Assembly: GCA_963663275.1 (NCBI GenBank)
Contig: OY760183.1
Coordinates: 384,001-448,000 of the forward strand
Direction of reading: 5' to 3'
DNA: 64,000 nucleotides
Source: Chloroflexota bacterium
Lineage (GTDB): Bacteria > Chloroflexota > UBA11872 > VXOZ01
The position numbers and the translations under genes were made by a program. The notes beneath the pieces are model-generated. The model searched no databases. It was not told the DNA's origin and saw nothing but the letters and a program-made list of their open reading frames with translations. Below, in pieces: positions 1-9,780 of the stretch (positions are counted from its first letter, which is position 1; every line of letters starts with the position of its first letter).

Positions 1-1009
1 GAAACGTGTTGGCATCATCGGCTGCGGCCAGATTGCCGCCAGAGGGCACCAGAGCGGCTACGGCGAACTAGCGGACCGCATCAGCGTCGCCGCGGTAGCG
101 GATCCGGCGGCGGAGCGGCGCGGCCTGTTGGGCGACCGGTTTCAGATTCCGGACGCGGCGCGCTACGACGACTATCGCGACCTGCTCGCCCGTGACGACC
201 TGGACTTCGTGGACATCTGTCTGCCGCACCACCTGCACCATCCGGCCACGCTCGCCGCGGCCGCGGCCGGACACAACATCCTGCTGGAAAAGCCCATCGC
301 CGCCCGTGAAGACGAGGCGCTGGAGATGATCGCCGCCGTCGAGCAGGCCGGCATCGTCTTCTCGCTGATCCACAACTACTCGCGCCAGCCCGTGCCCGCC
401 CGCATTCTGGAACTGGTGCACGGCGGCGCCATTGGCTCTCCCTACCTGGTGCGCTACGAAGGCTTTGGCAACTATCACTATTTGGGCACCGCGGCCTACG
501 ACCCGGCCTGGCGGGCCGAAGCCGGACGCGGCGGCGGCGGCGCGCTGCTGGACAACGGCTACCACAGCATCTACCTGGCGCGCTACGTGATGCAGTCCGA
601 GGTGCGGGAGGTCTTTGGCGCGGTGGGCACCTTTGCCCGCGACTTCGAGGTGGAAGACACCGCCCTGGCGCTGCTGCGCCACGAAAACGGCGCAATCACC
701 TCCATCCAAAACGGCTGGGGCGCGGACCGGAGCATGCCGGCCCGCGAAATCCAGGGTTCCACCGGGTCGATTCTGCTCCGGGGCAACGCGGAACGTCCCA
801 TCGAGCTATGGAACGGCGACCGCTGCGAGTATCCCGCGCCCATGCCCGCCCAGCCCAGCGACTACGCGCAAATCTTCAGCGCCTACTGCGACGCGCTGGA
901 CGGCGCCGGCCCCGTGCCCACCACCGCCGCCGACGGCCTGATGAACCTGCGCATCATCCTGGCCGCCTACGAAGCCAGCCGCGCGGGCCGCGTGGTGACG
1001 CTCCCGTAG
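1..1009 (+). CDS. Gfo/Idh/MocA family oxidoreductase (5' end lies just outside the window)
   Basis: Frame open from base 2: KRVGIIGCGQIA (Rossmann motif), LLEKP and GGGALLDNGYH family motifs. Confidence 0.9.
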   Translation, partial: KRVGIIGCGQIAARGHQSGYGELADRISVAAVADPAAERRGLLGDRFQIPDAARYDDYRDLLARDDLDFVDICLPHHLHHPATLAAAAAGHNILLEKPIAAREDEALEMIAAVEQAGIVFSLIHNYSRQPVPARILELVHGGAIGSPYLVRYEGFGNYHYLGTAAYDPAWRAEAGRGGGGALLDNGYHSIYLARYVMQSEVREVFGAVGTFARDFEVEDTALALLRHENGAITSIQNGWGADRSMPAREIQGSTGSILLRGNAERPIELWNGDRCEYPAPMPAQPSDYAQIFSAYCDALDGAGPVPTTAADGLMNLRIILAAYEASRAGRVVTLP

Positions 1010-1161
1010 TTCATAACCGTCAAATGGAGTTGTGTCGCGCGGCAGCGTGTAGTACACTCACACGTCAAGAGAATTGCACGTTGCTTCTAACATTCCGCTG
1101 CCTCAAACTCGAATCGGACACGAATTCAGCCATTCGTTTGGATATATGAAAGGTCTCCTCT

Positions 1162-1545
1162 ATGAACGCGGAAGAGCAAGTGCAGCAAGAGCAGGAAGAG
1201 CAGGAGCGGGTAGAACCGTCCAGCGACAGGCAGTTGCGCCGGGTAGTGCAGGCCATGGTAGAGGTGAATCCGGAGCTTAGCGAGCGCTATGGGGAAGAGT
1301 TGGCCCGCTCGTTCGTCGAGCGCCTCCACACCGTCATCGACCAGCGTATCGAGGCGAGATTTGGGATGCCGGGAAGCCGCCCGTACTCGCTGCTGCTGCC
1401 CCTCGTTTCGCTCGTGATCGGCCTCTTGGGAATGGCCATTATCGGCGTCACCGGCGGCCCCTTCGTGGGCTTCGGCACGATCCTCTCCCCCTGGATCCCC
1501 ATCGTCGCCATCAACATCATCTACGCAATCCGCACGAGCAACTGA
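1162..1545 (+). CDS. Small membrane protein (acidic N-terminus, 2 C-terminal TM helices); paralogue of 3084-3446
   Basis: ORF with RBS-like AAGG; shares the ERLxxVIDxRxEAR motif with 3084-3446. Confidence 0.7.
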   Translation: MNAEEQVQQEQEEQERVEPSSDRQLRRVVQAMVEVNPELSERYGEELARSFVERLHTVIDQRIEARFGMPGSRPYSLLLPLVSLVIGLLGMAIIGVTGGPFVGFGTILSPWIPIVAINIIYAIRTSN

Positions 1546-1583
1546 GGCCGCGCCGCAGTAGCCGCCCCAGCAGGCGACTCAAT

Positions 1584-1700
1584 CCCTCTCCCTGGGCAGA
1601 GCACACGCGCAAAAACTCCCTCTCCCTGGAGAGAGCACACGCGCAAAAACCCCCTCTCCCTGGAGAGAGCACGCGCGCAAAGACCCCCTCTCCCTGGGAG
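1584..1700. repeat. ~3.5 tandem 34-bp units built on the CCCTCTCCCTGG hairpin half
   Basis: ccctctccctggagagagcacacgcgcaaaaac-like units start at 1584, 1618, 1652 and 1686. Confidence 0.85.
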
Positions 1701-2966
1701 TGTAGAGCCCGGGGACATAGGTAACACATTTTCAGGGACATAGGTTACACCATAAGGCATGGGAATTCGTCACTAGAGGAGGACGACCATGTCGTGGAAA
1801 GTGAGTACACCTATGTCTGAGCGGGAAGAGTTTATAGCCGTGATGCTGACGGGTGAGGTGAGCATGAGCGCACTGTGCAAGCGTATGGGCATCAGCCGCA
1901 AGACCGGCTACAAGTGGCGCACGCGCTACAGGCAGGGCGGGATGGAGAACCTGGGGGACCGGTCGCGGCGTCCGCACACCAGCCCACAGCGCACGCGTCC
2001 AGAGATGGAGCGGCACATCATCGCCTTGCGCCTGGCACATCCGGGGAAGGGCGCGGACGCGCTGGGCCGGATGCTGCGGAACCGCGGCTACGCCGACGTG
2101 CCCGCCAGGAGCACCATCAACGCCATTCTCAAGCGCCACGGGTTGATCGACCCGGCCGAGAGCGCCAAGCGCATGCCCTTCATTCGCTTTGAGCGCCCGC
2201 TGCCCAACGAACTCTGGCAGATGGACTTCAAGGGGCATTTCGCCATGTCTCGCGACCGCTGCCATCCGCTCACCGTGCTCGACGACCATTCCCGCTACAA
2301 CCTGGCTGTGGAGGCCTGCGCCGACGAGCGGGGTCAGACCGTCCAGGAGCGCCTCACCCGCGTCTTTCGGCGCTACGGCCTGCCTGCGGCCATGCTCATG
2401 GACAACGGCGCCCCCTGGGGCAACGACAGCGCCCATCCCTTCACGCCGCTCACCGTCTGGCTCATGCGCCTGGGCATCAAGGTGCTTCACAGCCGTCCCT
2501 ACCATCCCCAGACCCTCGGCAAGCTGGAACGCTTCCACCGCTCCCTGAAAAGCGAAGTCCTGGCCGGTCGCACCTTCACCAACCTGGAGCACTGCCAGCG
2601 CGCCTTCGACGCTTGGCGGCACTTCTACAACCGGGAACGCCCGCACCACGCCCTCACGCTCAACACGCCCGTCAGCCGGTACACGCCCAGTCCACAGCCC
2701 TTTCCCGAAACGCTGCCCCCCATCACCTACGCTCCCGACGACCAGGTGCGCGCCGTCGACGTCAGCGGCCGCATCTCGTTCCAGGGCAAGACCCTCCGCG
2801 TGGGGCGAGCTTTCGCCCACACCCGCGTCGCCCTGCGACCCACGCAAACCGACGGCGTCTGGAACGTATACTTCGCTGTCAATCCGATAAGAACGGTAGA
2901 CCTCAGTGAACAAAATGTGTAACCTATCTCCCTGAATAACTGTTACCCATGTCCCCGGACTGTACA
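1701..2966 (+). mobile_element. IS481-family insertion sequence with 5-bp TSD GGGAG
   Basis: Ends TGT...ACA; IRs TGTAGAGCCCGGGGACATAGGTAAC and (rc) TGTACAGTCCGGGGACATGGGTAAC; second internal IR; GGGAG at 1696-1700 and 2967-2971. Confidence 0.93.
1789..2922 (+). CDS. IS481 family DDE transposase
   Basis: N-terminal HTH (GISRKTGYKW), WQMDFKG, LDDHSRY, MDNGAPW, PQTLGKLERFH, YNRERPH. Confidence 0.95.
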   Translation: MSWKVSTPMSEREEFIAVMLTGEVSMSALCKRMGISRKTGYKWRTRYRQGGMENLGDRSRRPHTSPQRTRPEMERHIIALRLAHPGKGADALGRMLRNRGYADVPARSTINAILKRHGLIDPAESAKRMPFIRFERPLPNELWQMDFKGHFAMSRDRCHPLTVLDDHSRYNLAVEACADERGQTVQERLTRVFRRYGLPAAMLMDNGAPWGNDSAHPFTPLTVWLMRLGIKVLHSRPYHPQTLGKLERFHRSLKSEVLAGRTFTNLEHCQRAFDAWRHFYNRERPHHALTLNTPVSRYTPSPQPFPETLPPITYAPDDQVRAVDVSGRISFQGKTLRVGRAFAHTRVALRPTQTDGVWNVYFAVNPIRTVDLSEQNV

Positions 2967-3083
2967 GGGAGAGGGCCGGGGTGAGGGGAAAAGCGCGAAG
3001 CCGTCCGCGCCCGGCATCAGGCGCGATTTCGCCCGGGCGCGCGAGTGAACGACACCGGAGCAGACGCGCGGAGGACAAAGCGC

Positions 3084-3446
3084 ATGAGCAGCAACTCGCC
3101 GGAGCAAGACAAGGAAAAACAACGGGAAGCCGACCGCAACCGCGATGAGTTGCACGCCATCCTCTCGGCCCGGCAGGAACTCGGCGCGGAGTACAACGAC
3201 GAACTGGCCGACATGCTCATGGAGCGCCTGGATGCCGTAATCGACCGCCGGGTGGAAGCGCGCCTGCAGAACGTCTCCAAGAGTTCTCTCTCGCCGGCCG
3301 TGCCGATTTGCTCGTTTATCTTTGCCATTCCGCTGACCGCGATCGCGGCCACTTTGGTCGGACCCGTGGGCGTGGCTATCGTCTGGGTCGCATTGATAGT
3401 AGTCAACATCCTCTACTCCGGCAAGAAGATCAGCGACATCTTCTAG
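3084..3446 (+). CDS. Small membrane protein; paralogue of 1162-1545
   Basis: GGAGGA RBS; ARQELGAEY...MERLDAVIDRRVEAR followed by 2 TM helices. Confidence 0.75.
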   Translation: MSSNSPEQDKEKQREADRNRDELHAILSARQELGAEYNDELADMLMERLDAVIDRRVEARLQNVSKSSLSPAVPICSFIFAIPLTAIAATLVGPVGVAIVWVALIVVNILYSGKKISDIF

Positions 3447-3507
3447 CAGGTCCCGGTAGCACTTCCCGGCATGTTTGTGACACCATCTGGATGGAGGACA
3501 AGAAGAG

Positions 3508-3744
3508 ATGGAGAACTACGAGTTCTGGGCCACCATCGCCACCGTCGTGCTGGCCGCGATCGCGGTTGCCGCGTTTGTTACACACGGGCAGAATAACCTG
3601 CGCAACGAACTCCGCTCAGAAATACGCGAACTAACTACACGCGTTTCCAGTCTTGAGCAGCGCGTAGCCCGCCTGGAAGGGTTGTTCGAGGACATACGCG
3701 CGCTCTTCCGGCGCGGGGAAGCGACCAAAGAAGAACATTCGTGA
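3508..3744 (+). CDS. Small protein with N-terminal TM helix and coiled coil
   Basis: GGAGGA RBS; hydrophobic helix then LRSEIRELTTRVSSLEQRVARLEG heptads. Confidence 0.7.
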   Translation: MENYEFWATIATVVLAAIAVAAFVTHGQNNLRNELRSEIRELTTRVSSLEQRVARLEGLFEDIRALFRRGEATKEEHS

Positions 3745-3787
3745 ATCGCCCCTGCGAACGGCTATACGCCACCTTGCGCGGTTCTTT

Positions 3788-3851
3788 TCACCCTTCGACG
3801 CGGCTCAGGGCGAACGTCCCTCGTGCAGACTAGAAGATTGTAAACAGGCTC
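3788..3851 (-). mobile_element. Partial copy of the GAGCCTGTTTAC-ended MITE
   Basis: Matches the end of the 53787-53958 copy and ends gtaaacaggctc|taa. Confidence 0.7.
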
Positions 3852-4807
3852 TAAGACACGGTTGAGTCCGTTATCCGTACCGCGTAATGGAAGACCTCGT
3901 TGAGGAATGCAATCCATTCCGCGCCGTCATGGGCCAAGTCGTCCAGCAAGAATACCTTGACAACGCCCATGTCATCGAGCCTGGCTTTCATTTCCGGTGT
4001 AACGACGCCCGCGACCAGGAAGTTAACGCAATTCGGCGGCGTCGCTTCAAAGCTCTTCTGCATCGCGCCCAGACGTTCGAGCGCGCCGGCCGGGTCTTTG
4101 CCCCCCTTTATCTCAATCGTTGCGACCAGCCTCTCATCACCCCCGGTGTCTTGTCGAAACAGGATGTCCGGCTCGGAGCCAAAGCGCATCCGGTAGCCAT
4201 TTGGCAACCGGAACTCCGTTTCTTCTTCATCCTGAGCCAACACCAACCGCCGGCTTTCCAGCCAGTTCCTGATCCGAGTCTTTACCAGGTTTTCGGCGTC
4301 GCGGCCGATAATGTTGCGAAACGTCCCATCCAGCCCTATGCCCATGTTGGCGATGATGTTCCGATAGCCGTTCTCTAGGCTCCAATTCGTCGTGCCCTCG
4401 ATAATTGAGGAAATCACGGCATTGTAGAGCCGGGCTACGCGCAGGCTCTGCTCGTCTCCGATGGGCGCTTTGCGCGAGCCGTCTTCCCAAGAGGACACGG
4501 GCACGGCAATGTCCGCCACCCGCTTCTGCGGCAGCAACGCTATCCCACGGTAGTATTGCGAGGTTCGAGGATGTTCTCGGAGAAGCAGGGGATGGGCGAA
4601 CACCAGCTTGGGATCTATACCGGAAACCGCAACGCACTCCCACGCCTGCTCGCTGATCATCAGTTCGTCCAATGGCCCGAAATCCAGCTCTCCCCTGAAA
4701 CTCTCGATCAACGTTCTCAGGTCTTGATCCGTCCGTTGCCGGATTCGCTCCGCCATCAGCGTTGACCTGAGCCGCGCGTCGTCCAGGCCGTTCACGTCCG
4801 CACCCAC
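3851..4807 (-). CDS. Type II restriction endonuclease, XcyI-like
   Basis: PD-(D/E)XK core SEPDI...IEIKGG; overlaps the end of the adjacent methyltransferase gene. Confidence 0.7.
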   Translation of the reverse strand: MGADVNGLDDARLRSTLMAERIRQRTDQDLRTLIESFRGELDFGPLDELMISEQAWECVAVSGIDPKLVFAHPLLLREHPRTSQYYRGIALLPQKRVADIAVPVSSWEDGSRKAPIGDEQSLRVARLYNAVISSIIEGTTNWSLENGYRNIIANMGIGLDGTFRNIIGRDAENLVKTRIRNWLESRRLVLAQDEEETEFRLPNGYRMRFGSEPDILFRQDTGGDERLVATIEIKGGKDPAGALERLGAMQKSFEATPPNCVNFLVAGVVTPEMKARLDDMGVVKVFLLDDLAHDGAEWIAFLNEVFHYAVRITDSTVS

Positions 4808-6183
4808 CTATAGACGCATTTTCTGATCTCGCGCCTCCCAAAGCGGCCCATTTGCTGGCTGGAGTTGCCCTTGCCCCGGGGCAGCATCCAGATATTCTCG
4901 CAGACGAATCCCGACTGCTCCGCAAAGTCGGACAGGATAAGGTCTACCGGCGCTTCTTCGCCGTGGTACTGGACGTTGTCGTTCACCATGATTACGGCGC
5001 CGCCCGGGCGGATTACCCGGCCCAACTCCGCGACAACGAGCGCCATCTCCTGAAAGTACCCTTCCAGCAGCCTGATCACGTGCCTGTTGCTCAACTCGCT
5101 TACGTGCTCTTCGAGTATCCCGAGCACCTCGTGGATGGCTGCCTGATTCCGGTACATTGCCAGCGCGCCATCCAGCAGGCCGGGATTCCCACTGTATACC
5201 TGGCGCAGCCACGAGAGTTTCGACTTGCTCTCCACGGTTGCGGACAACATCCGCTGCCGCAGGTCGCTGAAGCCTTTCTGATCGAAGCCAAGCCAGGCGA
5301 GTTCCAGCGCGTACGTGCGCGTGTAGTCATATCTGTTGGCGTAGGGAGGCGAGGTCAGCGCCATGTCGAACTGCGCGTCCTCCAACGCTTGCATCGAGTC
5401 CAGACACGACCCGGTGATCAACCTCGGACTGCCGCCTCCGTACTCTTGCTTGAGTATCTCTATGTCCTGGGACATCTCGAACAACCGCGCTCCCAGCGCC
5501 TGCTCGAACGAGAGAATAGGCCCCTTGTGCACCTTCGCCCTCAGGTTTCGACCGGACCGGTAGTCCCAGCGCAGGTACTGGCCGTCCTTGCGCGTATAGC
5601 TCACGTCTTCGAGGACTGTCATGCATGCCACGTTCAGCAGCGTTTGCAGCACACGATCATCAATGGAAGCAATGAACTGCCGGGCCTTGGCAATGGCAAT
5701 CTCCGTCGTCTCCGGAAAGGCCGCCTGCGTGATGGCGACGTGGGGGAACGCAAATCCCGCGGGCGCCGGTTCATCGGACGAGATTCTGCCAATCAGTTCG
5801 CTGCCCACGGCTTCGAGTTCCGTCTTGGCTACCCCGTTAGCGGCATGGGCGATCGCATTGCCTACCAACACGCCAACGGGCATTATCTCGATCCCCGTCG
5901 CCGCGCTCCCCTTGCTCGCGGCAATCAATGGCGTGGTGCCGATGCCGGCGAAGGGATCGAGCACGGCCGCCGGTTGGTGTTCGTCGATGAACCGCTCCAC
6001 GAGACCGCTGGAAAAGCCCTCCTTGTACTTCATCCACCGCAGACCGGGAACCTGACGGTTTCCCTGATAGGAAACTGCTTTGCGGCTGAAGCCGGCGTTG
6101 ACGGATATGCGATCCCCGAAGCGATCGTTAAGCGCCTGGCGGCCCGCAACGCTGCCTCCATTGGGAGAAATCAGCGGCTCCAT
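4792..6183 (-). CDS. Site-specific DNA amino-methyltransferase (probably N4-cytosine)
   Basis: Motif I DPFAGIGTT precedes motif IV TSPPY. Confidence 0.88.
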   Translation of the reverse strand: MEPLISPNGGSVAGRQALNDRFGDRISVNAGFSRKAVSYQGNRQVPGLRWMKYKEGFSSGLVERFIDEHQPAAVLDPFAGIGTTPLIAASKGSAATGIEIMPVGVLVGNAIAHAANGVAKTELEAVGSELIGRISSDEPAPAGFAFPHVAITQAAFPETTEIAIAKARQFIASIDDRVLQTLLNVACMTVLEDVSYTRKDGQYLRWDYRSGRNLRAKVHKGPILSFEQALGARLFEMSQDIEILKQEYGGGSPRLITGSCLDSMQALEDAQFDMALTSPPYANRYDYTRTYALELAWLGFDQKGFSDLRQRMLSATVESKSKLSWLRQVYSGNPGLLDGALAMYRNQAAIHEVLGILEEHVSELSNRHVIRLLEGYFQEMALVVAELGRVIRPGGAVIMVNDNVQYHGEEAPVDLILSDFAEQSGFVCENIWMLPRGKGNSSQQMGRFGRREIRKCVYRWVRT

Positions 6184-6402
6184 CTATGTGGACTCCTGTC
6201 AATGGTGGGACTATGTCCGTTTACTGCTAGGCGTGTGGACGCGGCCGTAGTTCTCTATGACAGTATACGCGAGAGCCGCGCCGCCATCCCGTAGCGCGGG
6301 GGCTTGTCCCCCGCCTCTTTGGGGGGGACTGACGCCTTGGGCCGCGGCGGAACGCGGGAATCCGCGCCGCCGTTGCCCATCGCCGCAACCGGGGTTGGGC
6401 CG

Positions 6403-8028
6403 TTATCTTTGCCCGTCGCTGATGCCGCTGATGCGGGTGTTGATGGTATGCCAGCCGGAAGCGCCGTTGGGGGCCGGCGCAAGTTTCGTTTCGTCCTGGA
6501 GTTCGCCGTCGCCGTCGGTAGCGCGCACCCGGATCGTGTAGCCGGCCGCCACCGGCGGTTCCCACGTAGTCTTCCATTGCACCCACGAAAACGGGGCCAG
6601 CGCCTTGCCGAGTTGCGCCACCTGCCAGTTATCGCCCTCGTCGATGCTGACCTCCACCTTGCTGATGCCGCGACTGCCCGCAAAGGCAATGCCGCCAATC
6701 AAGACCTCCCGTTCCACCTTGGCGCTCACCGTAGCGCCGTCGCGGGGCGCGTCGATGCGGGACATGGTTTTGATGATGGCCTCGTCGCTCCAGCCGCGCT
6801 GTTGCCAGAAGCCCTTGAAATCGTGGTCCACCGGCTCGATGCGCGTCAGCCACTTCACGTTCTTCATACCGTAGATATTCGGCACCACGAGGCGCACCGG
6901 GAAGCCGTGGTTGTTGGGCAAAGTCGCGCCGTTCATGCGGAACGCCGCGATCACGTTTGGATCCTGCGCCTTCTCCAGCGGGATACTCTCCTGGTAGCCG
7001 TCCGCCGCGTGCAGCACGATGTCTTTCACGCCCGGCTGGATGCCGGCCTGTTGCAGCAGGTCCCACAGCGGCACGCCTTCCCAGAACGCGTTGCCGATCA
7101 GATCGCCGCCGACCTCGTTGCTGATGCACTGGAGCGTGCAGTACTGCTGCTGGGTGGGCATGGCCGTAAACGTCTCGTAATCCAGCGTCATCCGGTTATC
7201 CACCATGCCGGTGATGGTCAGGTTCCAGTCGTTTACGTCAACCGTGGGGTCGATCATGTTCTTGGAGATGACGTAGAACTCATCGTTGGGGGTCACCAGC
7301 GGCTCCAGGCCCTCGAAGCCTTGCTGGAAGATGGGAGTTTCCTCGCCGCTGGGAGAGGTGGTGGTAGTTATCACCGGCTCGGCCAACGTCGCCTGGGACT
7401 GCGCGCCCAGCGCGCGGTTCAGCGCGTACGCCCCGCCCACGGCCAGGCCGGACGCCGCCAACGGCGCCAGCGAGCGGCGGGAGAGCATGTTCTCAGAGCC
7501 GGTGGCCAGCGCCTCGGCCGTGAACGGCTGCCGCACGAACGCCAGCGTCAGGCCGAACGCCAGGAAAGCGATCACGTCGGTGGCCGCGGCGGCGTACGCC
7601 GGCGCGGAGGCGTCCAGGCCAAAGAACCCGCGCAACACGAACGGCGACATAGTCACCGCGTACACCAGCCACAGCGCCAGGCCGTAGCCAAGGCCGTAAA
7701 GCAGCGTCGCAGACGTGCGTTCGCTGCCGCCGCCGTCGGGGCTGAGCCGGGCGAGGAGCCGCCCGTAGAGCAGCCCCAGGAGGCCGCCCGCGCCCACGAT
7801 GGCGATGAGTATGGCATAGAAGTTGAGCTTCTTGGCCAGCGTGCCCAGCACCTGCACCACCGCCTCGAAGAGCGCCGGCGGCACGAAACTCAGGATGCGT
7901 TCCGCCACCGCCTCCGGCAAGGCGGGAACCTGCCAGATGAAACGCGCCACGAAGTATATCGCCAGAAAGACCGCGGCGGCAATCGCGCCGGACAGAAACT
8001 CTCTGCGCCAGGATGCGGTCGAGTCCAT
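6403..8028 (-). CDS. Membrane-anchored molybdopterin-dependent oxidoreductase (sulfite oxidase family)
   Basis: N-terminal TM helices, internal SRR motif, TLQCISNEVGG, HGFPVRLVVP, GMKNVKWL. Confidence 0.88.
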   Translation of the reverse strand: MDSTASWRREFLSGAIAAAVFLAIYFVARFIWQVPALPEAVAERILSFVPPALFEAVVQVLGTLAKKLNFYAILIAIVGAGGLLGLLYGRLLARLSPDGGGSERTSATLLYGLGYGLALWLVYAVTMSPFVLRGFFGLDASAPAYAAAATDVIAFLAFGLTLAFVRQPFTAEALATGSENMLSRRSLAPLAASGLAVGGAYALNRALGAQSQATLAEPVITTTTSPSGEETPIFQQGFEGLEPLVTPNDEFYVISKNMIDPTVDVNDWNLTITGMVDNRMTLDYETFTAMPTQQQYCTLQCISNEVGGDLIGNAFWEGVPLWDLLQQAGIQPGVKDIVLHAADGYQESIPLEKAQDPNVIAAFRMNGATLPNNHGFPVRLVVPNIYGMKNVKWLTRIEPVDHDFKGFWQQRGWSDEAIIKTMSRIDAPRDGATVSAKVEREVLIGGIAFAGSRGISKVEVSIDEGDNWQVAQLGKALAPFSWVQWKTTWEPPVAAGYTIRVRATDGDGELQDETKLAPAPNGASGWHTINTRISGISDGQR

Positions 8029-8302
8029 AGGTACCTTCCCCCATTGCTATGGTATGATGACTTGACTTCATCGTATCACAGAGATATTGGATAAGTATCC
8101 TCTCCACCTAAGAACTTCCTGAGAGAAGTTTGCCCCAAAACGTCCCAGGCAGTAGAGTCTGTGGGTAGCGAAACTTTAGCGAAGAGCGTAGACTGGTTAG
8201 CCATAGGTAGAGTATGCTCATTGCCGAAGCAACCCTCGCCATTTGCAGCAGCATCGTATGCGCGGCGCAAGCAGCGCCTTGCAGGACGGAGGTAACCGCA
8301 TT

Positions 8303-9736
8303 ATGAACGAAAAGACTATCCAATCCGGCCGCTCGCGGCGCAGTGTGCTCCGCAGCATGGGCGCGCTTGGCCTGGGCGCGGCCGCCGCCGCGCTCGGTTC
8401 GGCGTGCAGCGGCCTCAACCGCCGCCGGTGCGACGGCCCGTGCGTCCCCACGCCCACGCCCATCATCCCGATCACGCCGACGCCGGTGCAGGGGCCCATA
8501 CCCATCATTCGCCGGCCCGGCCTCGTCACCTTCTGGACCTGGGCCGCCGGGCCCACCCGGCAGTGGCTCACGGACGTCCACGACCTGTTCGCCGCCCGCA
8601 CGGGCAACACGCTGGAACCGGTCTTCCTGGGCAGCCAGCGCGCGGTGGAAAGCAGGCTGGCGCAGGCCACGGCCGCGGGCGACGGCGCGCCGGACGCCGT
8701 GCACGTGCCCATGGGCGCGCTGCCGCGCTGGGCGGAAGCCTCGCTGGTGCAAGACCTCACGCCCAACCTGAACTGGCCGCGCACGGTGAACCTGGCGCAG
8801 TTCGCGAAGGGCGTCCTGCCCTACGCTTCCGTGGACGAAAAGACCTACGCGATTCCCTACGACGACCCGCAGGCCATCGGGCTGGCGCTCAACGCCAAGC
8901 ACATGGATGAAGCGGGCGTTACCGTGGACGTGGAAGCCTTCAAGCAATGGGGCTGGGATAACCTGCGGGAAACCGCCCAGGCCCTCACCCAACGGCAGGG
9001 TGACCGCATCCAGCGCCCGGGCATGCACGTCAGTTCGAACTGGCTCCAGGTCCTCACCTGGCTCTACAGCAACGACACCGGCTTCTTCCAGAATAACGCC
9101 GACGGCGGCAACGTGGTGGTGAATAACCCGGACGCCCAGGCTACGCTCCAGTTCCTGGCCGACATGGTGACCGAGGATAAGGTGAGCGGCGAGCCGTCGC
9201 CCTACGTGGACTCCGCCAGCGTCTTCGTGCGCGGCGGCGCCTCCATGGCGGTGGTGAACGCCGACGCGATCAACCACGCCGTGCGCGTGCACTCGGAGCA
9301 ACAAGCCGCCACGCCGGAACTGCCATTCCACTGGCTGCCCCTGCCCACAGGGCCCAGCGGCAGCGCGCCCGCCACCCAGGTCTGGTCGCACCAGATCGCC
9401 ATTCCGGCCGCGGCCGGCAATCCAACCTCCGGCTGGGACCTGCTCACGTTCCTCTATACGCGGGAAACGCTGCAAGACTACCTGGGCAGCACCGGCATGA
9501 CGCTGCCGTTCAAGCCGCAATGGAAGTATCCCATGGCGAAGCTGGTGACCACTTTCACCCCTACCTACATGGAGTACCTGGACCTGCTGGACCAGGAAAG
9601 CCCCTCGCCGGTGCTGGGCCGCGACGCCTTGGCCCGCAACCTGGCCCAACCGCTGCGCCAAGCCATCTCCGGCGAACGACCGGTGGCGGACATGATGCCG
9701 GAAATCGAACGCGCCGTGCGCACCGCAGTCTCCTAG
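8303..9736 (+). CDS. Extracellular sugar-type solute-binding lipoprotein (Tat signal)
   Basis: GGAGG RBS; SRRSVL twin-Arg, LGSAC lipobox, APD and YAIP motifs of family 1 SBPs. Confidence 0.82.
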   Translation: MNEKTIQSGRSRRSVLRSMGALGLGAAAAALGSACSGLNRRRCDGPCVPTPTPIIPITPTPVQGPIPIIRRPGLVTFWTWAAGPTRQWLTDVHDLFAARTGNTLEPVFLGSQRAVESRLAQATAAGDGAPDAVHVPMGALPRWAEASLVQDLTPNLNWPRTVNLAQFAKGVLPYASVDEKTYAIPYDDPQAIGLALNAKHMDEAGVTVDVEAFKQWGWDNLRETAQALTQRQGDRIQRPGMHVSSNWLQVLTWLYSNDTGFFQNNADGGNVVVNNPDAQATLQFLADMVTEDKVSGEPSPYVDSASVFVRGGASMAVVNADAINHAVRVHSEQQAATPELPFHWLPLPTGPSGSAPATQVWSHQIAIPAAAGNPTSGWDLLTFLYTRETLQDYLGSTGMTLPFKPQWKYPMAKLVTTFTPTYMEYLDLLDQESPSPVLGRDALARNLAQPLRQAISGERPVADMMPEIERAVRTAVS

Positions 9737-9780
9737 AGCATACCAGCGGCCCGACACACCCGCCCCGCCGGACAAGCGCC

